DNA of 33,302 nucleotides from an uncultured Gammaproteobacteria bacterium (GTDB taxonomy: Bacteria > Patescibacteriota > Microgenomatia > Levybacterales > GWA1-39-11): positions 81,192 to 114,493 of the forward strand of contig CAYVFE010000002.1 of assembly GCA_964450885.1 (NCBI GenBank). Direction: 5' to 3'. The first letter of the stretch is position 1. Each line of letters starts with the position of its first letter. The notes beneath the pieces are model-generated. The model saw only the letters and a program-made list of their open reading frames with translations, was not told where the DNA came from and did no database searches. The translations under genes and the position numbers were made by a program. Positions 27,443 to 33,302 of this stretch are shown here, one piece after another.

Positions 27443-27691
27443 CTACTCAGGCTTTACAATAAAAGGGATAAATGCCAAAAATCTTGCTCTTTTTATCTCA
27501 GTCGACAGCCTACGCTGATTTTTTGCGCTAAGACCATTTCTGCTGCGAGGTAAAATCTTACCCCTCTCGCTCATAAAATTCATCAAAGTCTCGTACTCTA
27601 AAAAGTCTGGCTTTTTATTGTTCTTCTCGAACCAATCCTCCATGACCTCATGGACTACTTTTCTTTTTTTAATTATTTTTCTTTTTGCCAT
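27443..27691 (-). CDS. rpsR: 30S ribosomal protein S18
   Basis: FMSERGKILPR..GLSAKNQR....IKRARFLA. Confidence 0.96.
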   Translation of the reverse strand: MAKRKIIKKRKVVHEVMEDWFEKNNKKPDFLEYETLMNFMSERGKILPRSRNGLSAKNQRRLSTEIKRARFLAFIPFIVKPE

Positions 27692-27701
27692 ATTTTTTGT
27701 T

Positions 27702-28178
27702 TTAAAAAGGTATATCGTCTGGGTTTATCTCTTCGTTCGTGTCATTTTTGTCTTCTTTTTTTTCTTTCTTCTCGCTTTTGGGAGCTTCTTTTTCTGTTGG
27801 CTCTTCGGGTGTAAAGTCTTCTCCCGTTCCGCTCTCACCGTCTCTTTTTGAGTCTAAAATTATCATGTCATCGATCACAACCTCTGTCGTGGTCCTCTGT
27901 GCTCCATCCTGTCCAGTCCAGCTTTTTGTAGAAAGTCTTCCCTCAACGTAAACTTTTCGTCCTTTTGATAACAACTGCGAACAAAGTTCTCCCAATTTAT
28001 TCCAAGCTACTATCTTATGAAATTCCGCCTCTTCTTTTTTCTCTCCACTGTCCGTTGTCCAACCTCTATTTGTAGCAAGCCCGAATGAACAAACTGCTGT
28101 CCCTTGCGGGGTGTATCTTAACTCCGGATCACGTGTCAGATTTCCTATCAACTGTACTCTATTCAAGCTTCGTGCCAT
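27702..28178 (-). CDS. ssb: Single-stranded DNA-binding protein
   Basis: LNRVQLIGNLTRDPELRYT, KGRKVYVEGRL, acidic tail DDIPF. Confidence 0.98.
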   Translation of the reverse strand: MARSLNRVQLIGNLTRDPELRYTPQGTAVCSFGLATNRGWTTDSGEKKEEAEFHKIVAWNKLGELCSQLLSKGRKVYVEGRLSTKSWTGQDGAQRTTTEVVIDDMIILDSKRDGESGTGEDFTPEEPTEKEAPKSEKKEKKEDKNDTNEEINPDDIPF

Positions 28179-28192
28179 ATCGTTATTATAGT

Positions 28193-28468
28193 TTAATTCA
28201 TCCTCACCAGCAAATGACGTAAAATGTCGTCGTTAAGTTTCAATTTTGGCTCTAATTCTGATGCTACTTTTTCAGATTCAAATTCCCAAACTATATAGTT
28301 TCCTGACTGCTCACCTTTGATTTTGTAGGCAAATTTTTTCTCGCCTAGCTCATTGAGCTTGTCATTTTTTACCTCTCCTGCAAGCTTTTTTATGTCTGCG
28401 ACGATCTTTTCTGCTTCCTTTTTATCCAAAGCTCTTTTTAGTATAAGTACTAATCTATATTTTCTCAT
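28193..28468 (-). CDS. rpsF: 30S ribosomal protein S6
   Basis: MRKY start (ATG 28468), GEKKFAYKIK, DILRHLLVR; canonical rpsF-ssb-rpsR order. Confidence 0.93.
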   Translation of the reverse strand: MRKYRLVLILKRALDKKEAEKIVADIKKLAGEVKNDKLNELGEKKFAYKIKGEQSGNYIVWEFESEKVASELEPKLKLNDDILRHLLVRMN

Positions 28469-28594
28469 AAAACGTATAAGACGGATGAACTCCGTTACAA
28501 TCCACCAATAATACACAAAAAAGCTTCAAAATACAAGTGTAAATATTATCTTTGAAATCAACAATGTGTAGCGTCTACACCTTTGATAAATTGT

Positions 28595-28623
28595 TTGACA
28601 AAAAAAAGATTTAATAGTACACT
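28595..28623 (+). promoter_or_regulatory. Putative sigma70 promoter of the htrA-like gene
   Basis: TTGACA, 17 nt, TACACT, 27 nt upstream of the ATG. Confidence 0.7.
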
Positions 28624-28650
28624 TTAACCTTAACTTAGCCTCAATAAAAG

Positions 28651-29784
28651 ATGAAAAGACTTCTTATTCTCCTTGCGGTTTTGATAGGTATAGCATTCAT
28701 TTTCGAGATAGTGTCTCAAAATTTTCCATCTCTCTCCTCTATCTTCGATAACGCCAAACAGGATGTCACAAACGAACCTAAATTACTTTTGAGTGAGGAG
28801 ACTGCAGTCGTTGATGTTGTTGAAAAGGTCGGCCCTTCAGTCGTAACGATAGGCATCAAGAACGAATCTGAAGTGCAAGATGATACACTCGACCTATTTT
28901 TTCCAGAAGACGATGCCACTAAGACACCAGACGAACAGTACATAGGTTCGGGATTTGTGGTGCAGGATGATGGACTTATCGTCACCAACAAACATGTAGT
29001 TTCGGAAAGAGGGCTCGAATACGTGGTTATCGATGACAATGGCGATAGTTATGATGTAGAAAGTATTTACCGTGATCCTGCAAATGACATAGCAATTCTA
29101 CAGACATCTCAGTCTCCAAATGGCGGTTTCAAAAAAATTGAGCTCGGAGATTCCTCAAAGCTCAAAGTCGGACAATTCGTTATAGCGATAGGAACTGCAC
29201 TTGGTGAATTTCCAAGCACGGTAACAACGGGTGTTGTTTCGGGTCTCGGGCGGGGAATTACAGCAGGTAACCCGTTCCAGGGATTTGTCGAGGAACTTGA
29301 TAATGTGATCCAGACGGATGCCGCGATAAATCCTGGAAATTCGGGCGGTCCTCTCCTCAATTCCTCCGGGCAGGTGGTTGCAGTGAATACAGCTGTATCT
29401 GGTCAGGGAGAAAATATAGGATTTGCTATCCCTATAAATATAATCAAGGATTCTATAGATAATTTTAATAGCACCGGCCGTTTCTCACGCCCATATCTGG
29501 GCATTTCGTATACGGTAATAACTGAGAGAAGCGCTCTATTGAACGATGTCCCGCAGGGAGCATATGTGCAGGGAATCGCCCGCGGATCTGCGGCAGAGGA
29601 TTCGGGCCTGCAGATAGGCGACATAATTACACAGATAGACAATAATAAAATCACTGATGATCAGGAAAGCCTAGCGGTACTCATTTCTGGAAAAAGTATC
29701 GGAGACACGGTCAATATAACAGTATTTAGAGACGGGCAAACATTGACTTTAGATGCTACACTAAAGGAAGCACCAAATGAGTGA
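28651..29784 (+). CDS. HtrA/DegP-family serine protease with one PDZ domain
   Basis: TM anchor, GSGF, TNKHVV (His), DIAIL (Asp), QTDAAINPGNSGGPL (Ser), PDZ. Confidence 0.96.
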   Translation: MKRLLILLAVLIGIAFIFEIVSQNFPSLSSIFDNAKQDVTNEPKLLLSEETAVVDVVEKVGPSVVTIGIKNESEVQDDTLDLFFPEDDATKTPDEQYIGSGFVVQDDGLIVTNKHVVSERGLEYVVIDDNGDSYDVESIYRDPANDIAILQTSQSPNGGFKKIELGDSSKLKVGQFVIAIGTALGEFPSTVTTGVVSGLGRGITAGNPFQGFVEELDNVIQTDAAINPGNSGGPLLNSSGQVVAVNTAVSGQGENIGFAIPINIIKDSIDNFNSTGRFSRPYLGISYTVITERSALLNDVPQGAYVQGIARGSAAEDSGLQIGDIITQIDNNKITDDQESLAVLISGKSIGDTVNITVFRDGQTLTLDATLKEAPNE

Positions 29785-30202
29785 TAAAGTATCCTTCGTA
29801 CCGGAAAGCGTAATAGAGGCAGCAGACAATGCTGGTCAGTCACTTAAGAAAGAGCTCAAAAAAGGCCTCAAGGAAACCATCTCCCAGATATTTGGAGCAA
29901 ACTCCGTAGAGGTTAAAAAACAACAGGAACAATCAAAAAAGATTGCCGAAAAGGCGGAAAAATCTGGCCGCAGTATCGAAGAACAAGCAAAGATCGAATC
30001 TTTGCGGCGACAACTTCATGCACAGATAACAGCACCCCGTCCTAGCGCTCCCGAACAACCTAAAGCACAGGAGGAAGATCAGGTGGGAACGAACGAACAA
30101 ATGCAGTCTCTCGGTGACTCCCCCACTCAGGATCCAAATGCCCTACCTCCCCTCGCTCAGCCTTCCATGCGCCATGGCGAGCGTCTCAAAATCCGCGAAT
30201 AA
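29777..30202 (+). CDS. Hypothetical protein (coiled, Q/P-rich)
   Basis: ORF overlaps the htrA stop by 8 nt and has a GGAAG RBS-like sequence; no motif. Confidence 0.75.
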   Translation: MSDKVSFVPESVIEAADNAGQSLKKELKKGLKETISQIFGANSVEVKKQQEQSKKIAEKAEKSGRSIEEQAKIESLRRQLHAQITAPRPSAPEQPKAQEEDQVGTNEQMQSLGDSPTQDPNALPPLAQPSMRHGERLKIRE

Positions 30203-30240
30203 TTGGGAAAGACCCATTTTTTCTGATAAAATCAGAGCAT

Positions 30241-31419
30241 ATGAAAATAGAACCTAGAACTTTAAAGGGTTTTCGGGATTTTTTGCCAGATGAAGCGCGC
30301 AAGAGACAGTACGTGATAGATACTCTCAAGCGTGTATTTGAATCTTATGGCTTCGAACCTCTTGAGACTCCGGCGCTCGAGTATGCGCAAGTACTTACAG
30401 GAAAGTACGGTGACGAAGGAGATAAGCTTATGTACAGATTCAAAGACAATGGTGACCGCGATGTCGCGCTCCGCTATGACCAGACCGTGCCTCTTGCCAG
30501 GGTCGTTGCGCAATATAAAGACAAACTCCCCATGCCTTTCAAACGCTATCAGATCCAGAACGTCTGGCGAGCTGAGAATACCCAAAGGGGAAGATATCGA
30601 GAATTTTTGCAGTGCGACATAGACACTGTGGGCTCAAAAAGCATAAATGCAGATGTAGAAATCATAAATTGCATTTCAGATTGTCTAACTGAGTTGAAAT
30701 TCGAGAATTTTAAGATTCTTATAAATGACAGGGCTGTCTTCCAGAACCTTCCAAAAGAAGCTGTCATCACAATCGATAAATTAAAAAAGTTAGGTGAAGA
30801 AGCTGTCATAAAAGAGCTTACGGATAAAGGTGTCGATGAAAAAGTGCTATCTGATATAAAGAATGCAAAACCTACCCCAACGGTCAATTCCATTTTAGAA
30901 AAAAATGACAAAGTTATCTTCGAGCCTACACTAGCGCGAGGCCTCGAGTACTACACAGGACTTATCATCGAAGTCGAGGTAGAAGGCTATTTGGCAGGAT
31001 CGGTTGTTGGAGGAGGCAGATTTGATGAGCTAGTCGGAATATTTGCAGACCAGGCGATACCTGCAGTCGGCGCTGCATTCGGATTTGACCGTATAATTGA
31101 AGCGCTGAATGAACTAGGTCTTTTCCCTGACGATTTGGCGACAACAAAGGCTCTCGTACTCAACATCAATGGCTCTGAAATGATCGTTGATGAGACAGCT
31201 AAAAAATTACGGTCAAACGGTATAAATTCCGAGATTTATCTAGATTCGAATGTCGAAAAGGCAAAACAATTCGCTTACGCTGAGAAAAAGAACATACCCT
31301 ACACCATAGCAGTTGGTGAAAATAACACCTATACCCTGGGATGGAAAGATGAGGATGGAAAAATAAATAAAAGCGAATCATTAACTTTTGAGAATCTTCT
31401 TGAACAACTGCGCAAATAA
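30241..31419 (+). CDS. hisS: Histidine--tRNA ligase
   Basis: LKGFRDFLP, LRYDQTVPLAR, GRYREFLQCDID, RGLEYYTG, GGGRFD, FGFDR. Confidence 0.98.
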   Translation: MKIEPRTLKGFRDFLPDEARKRQYVIDTLKRVFESYGFEPLETPALEYAQVLTGKYGDEGDKLMYRFKDNGDRDVALRYDQTVPLARVVAQYKDKLPMPFKRYQIQNVWRAENTQRGRYREFLQCDIDTVGSKSINADVEIINCISDCLTELKFENFKILINDRAVFQNLPKEAVITIDKLKKLGEEAVIKELTDKGVDEKVLSDIKNAKPTPTVNSILEKNDKVIFEPTLARGLEYYTGLIIEVEVEGYLAGSVVGGGRFDELVGIFADQAIPAVGAAFGFDRIIEALNELGLFPDDLATTKALVLNINGSEMIVDETAKKLRSNGINSEIYLDSNVEKAKQFAYAEKKNIPYTIAVGENNTYTLGWKDEDGKINKSESLTFENLLEQLRK

Positions 31420-31434
31420 CCTCTATACTAAAGA

Positions 31435-32388
31435 GTGATTAAATTTCTGAGAGGACCACTTCATATTCCTGAAAAACGCGAGGCACTACTCGCTTTGACT
31501 CTTGCAGCAATGATCTGGGGGGCAAATGCACCCATAAGTAAATGGACACTTCAATTTATATCAGTAGAAACGCTCGCCTTCATCAGGTTCTATTTCGCAT
31601 TCATACTTTTTTATCTCATCTTCAGACCGAACCTTAAAGTAAAGAAAAAAGACATTCCGCTTATGTTCCTATGCGGATTCATCGGGATATCACTCCACAT
31701 CCCCTTTCTCTACATCGGCCTTACTTTAACTGGCGCTATAAATGCAGCAATCATCGCTTCATCTATTCCGATCCTGAGCTTATTTTTCTCGAGTTTTTTC
31801 TTGAAAGAAAAAATATCCAGAAAATTTGTCATCGGAGGAATGGTCGGGCTTTTCGGCGTAATATTCATAGTACTTGAGCCTATTTTTGAAGAAGGTCTCT
31901 CAAAAGACCTGCTGGGAAATGTATTCCTTCTAGGGTCAGCTATAACCTTTATCATCTACGAGGTGATCTCAAAAAAACTTACAAAAAGAAATTATCACGC
32001 AAAGACCATAACAACCTACTCTTATCTGATAGGACTTGTCACATTCCTTCCCTTTTACCTAATCGACATAACCCAAAACGGAATATATTTTATGAATTCC
32101 CAGGCACTAAGGGGAATATTTTTCATCCTGTTTTTTTCATCACTCGTCGCAATCCCTCTGTGGCAGTGGGGAATATCAAAGCTTGAGGTGAGCCGCGTAG
32201 GATTTTTCTTATACCTCGATCCTGTGGTCGCTTTTATTGTCGCCTTTTTCCTACTGGGAGAGATCATTTCGCATCCTATGATAATAGGTGCCATACTCAT
32301 CTTTGTTGGGCTATATGTAGCTGAAAATACCCTACACTTTCCCCATTTTCACCTCTATCATTCGCATATTAAAAAAATACGGGGGTAA
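31435..32388 (+). CDS. DMT/EamA family transporter
   Basis: GTG start; 10 TM helices in two repeats (IWGAN, AFIRF, GLTLTGAINAAII, FLKEKI, LDPVVA, LLGE). Confidence 0.92.
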   Translation: MIKFLRGPLHIPEKREALLALTLAAMIWGANAPISKWTLQFISVETLAFIRFYFAFILFYLIFRPNLKVKKKDIPLMFLCGFIGISLHIPFLYIGLTLTGAINAAIIASSIPILSLFFSSFFLKEKISRKFVIGGMVGLFGVIFIVLEPIFEEGLSKDLLGNVFLLGSAITFIIYEVISKKLTKRNYHAKTITTYSYLIGLVTFLPFYLIDITQNGIYFMNSQALRGIFFILFFSSLVAIPLWQWGISKLEVSRVGFFLYLDPVVAFIVAFFLLGEIISHPMIIGAILIFVGLYVAENTLHFPHFHLYHSHIKKIRG

Positions 32389-32391
32389 TCC

Positions 32392-32420
32392 TTGTTTTTC
32401 AAGCTATTTTTCGCTATAAT
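32392..32420 (+). promoter_or_regulatory. Putative sigma70 promoter of rpmE-prfA
   Basis: TTGTTT, 17 nt, TATAAT, only 7 nt before the ATG (possibly a near-leaderless transcript). Confidence 0.6.
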
Positions 32421-32427
32421 ATAGCTT

Positions 32428-32727
32428 ATGAAAGCAAATACTCATCCTACATATTTTGATGATGCAAAAATTATCTGTTCTTGTGGTAATTCTTTTACTG
32501 CGGGGGCAACTGTTGCGGAAATTCATGTCGAGCTCTGCAATAAGTGTCATCCATTCTATACTGGACAGCAAAAATTCGTAGATACTGCATCTAGGATCGA
32601 TAAGTTCCGTAAAAAGCTTGAGGTCGCAAAGTCAAAGCCTCAAAAATCAAAGAAGGAAGTTACGCGTGACGATTCTGACAATGGTCCTCAGACACTTCGC
32701 GAAATGCTGCAAGCACTTCGCAAATAA
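32428..32727 (+). CDS. rpmE: 50S ribosomal protein L31 (Zn-binding type) with basic C-terminal extension
   Basis: HPTY, CSCG, CNKCHPFYTGQQKFVDTASRIDKF. Confidence 0.97.
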   Translation: MKANTHPTYFDDAKIICSCGNSFTAGATVAEIHVELCNKCHPFYTGQQKFVDTASRIDKFRKKLEVAKSKPQKSKKEVTRDDSDNGPQTLREMLQALRK

Positions 32728-32748
32728 CCCACTTTCTAAAACTTTCTT

Positions 32749-33302
32749 ATGGAAGATTCATATTTGAAATCTCAGCTTGAGATAATCAATAACAAAATCC
32801 TTGAAGCCCAACTGCTTTTAAACGACTCCGAAATGAAAGATCTTGCACAGCAGGAAATCGATGAGCTAAACATGCAAAAACAACAACTCCAAAGCTCTGC
32901 TGACTCGATAACCGAATCAATAAATGCAAAAGGAACTAATTCACTTGATAATAGGAGCGCAATTCTCGAAGTAAAGGGAGCTGCGGGAGGAGACGAGGCG
33001 AAAAATTGGGCAAAGGAGCTTTTGCGCATGTATATACGCTTTGCTGAGGAAAATAGATATTCAATAGAACATATCGATGACAATTCGATTAAATTCACCC
33101 AAAAAGGCACTTTCGGGATGCTGAAATACGAGGCTGGAGTTCATCGAGTACAACGCGTTCCTGACACGGAAAAAAGAGGCCGGATCCATACGTCCACTGC
33201 GGTGATATCCGTACTTCCAGAGCTCGAGGACATAGATCTCCATATAAGCAGCGACGATATAGAATTTGAGGCTTTCCGTGCTGGAGGAAATGGAGGACAG
33301 AA
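32749..33302 (+). CDS. prfA: Peptide chain release factor 1 (3' truncated by window; absent from the ORF track)
   Basis: My translation: MEDSYLKSQ...AILEVKGAAGGDEA...LKYEAGVHRVQRVPDTEKRGRIHTSTA...FRAGGNGGQ; PxT (PDT) RF1 motif and GGQ; follows rpmE. Confidence 0.95.
   Translation, partial: MEDSYLKSQLEIINNKILEAQLLLNDSEMKDLAQQEIDELNMQKQQLQSSADSITESINAKGTNSLDNRSAILEVKGAAGGDEAKNWAKELLRMYIRFAEENRYSIEHIDDNSIKFTQKGTFGMLKYEAGVHRVQRVPDTEKRGRIHTSTAVISVLPELEDIDLHISSDDIEFEAFRAGGNGGQ

Overview
Chromosomal window from a reduced-genome bacterium, most likely Patescibacteria/CPR of the Microgenomates type. This is inferred from compact gene packing, an EF-P with a KMGRG loop, a short RF1 N-terminus and typical CPR membrane/secreted hypotheticals. 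TGA is used as a stop codon, so the code is standard table 11. Most genes are housekeeping: gyrB (3' part), ppa, gyrA, folD, yebC-family, RluA-family, efp, dnaB, cysS, ctpA-like, rpsF-ssb-rpsR, htrA-like, hisS, rpmE, prfA (5' part), tRNA-Leu(CAA) and tRNA-Ala(CGC). Three things stand out. (1) A single Xer-like tyrosine recombinase is followed by a 1.4-kb gene-poor region. It holds a 13-6-13 imperfect palindrome (candidate dif/crossover site), an exact 23-bp partial copy over the recombinase's own promoter/leader, and a third half-site. (2) An arginine/citrulline operon encodes argininosuccinate synthase fused to a CarB-type MGS-like domain, coupled to an ArgZ/DDAH-like guanidino hydrolase. It converges on folD plus an atypical CodA-like amidohydrolase. 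(3) A small structured element duplicates the tRNA-Leu 3' end, next to a two-gene islet that includes a PlsC-like acyltransferase. All family assignments come from motif recognition by eye; no database searches were run.
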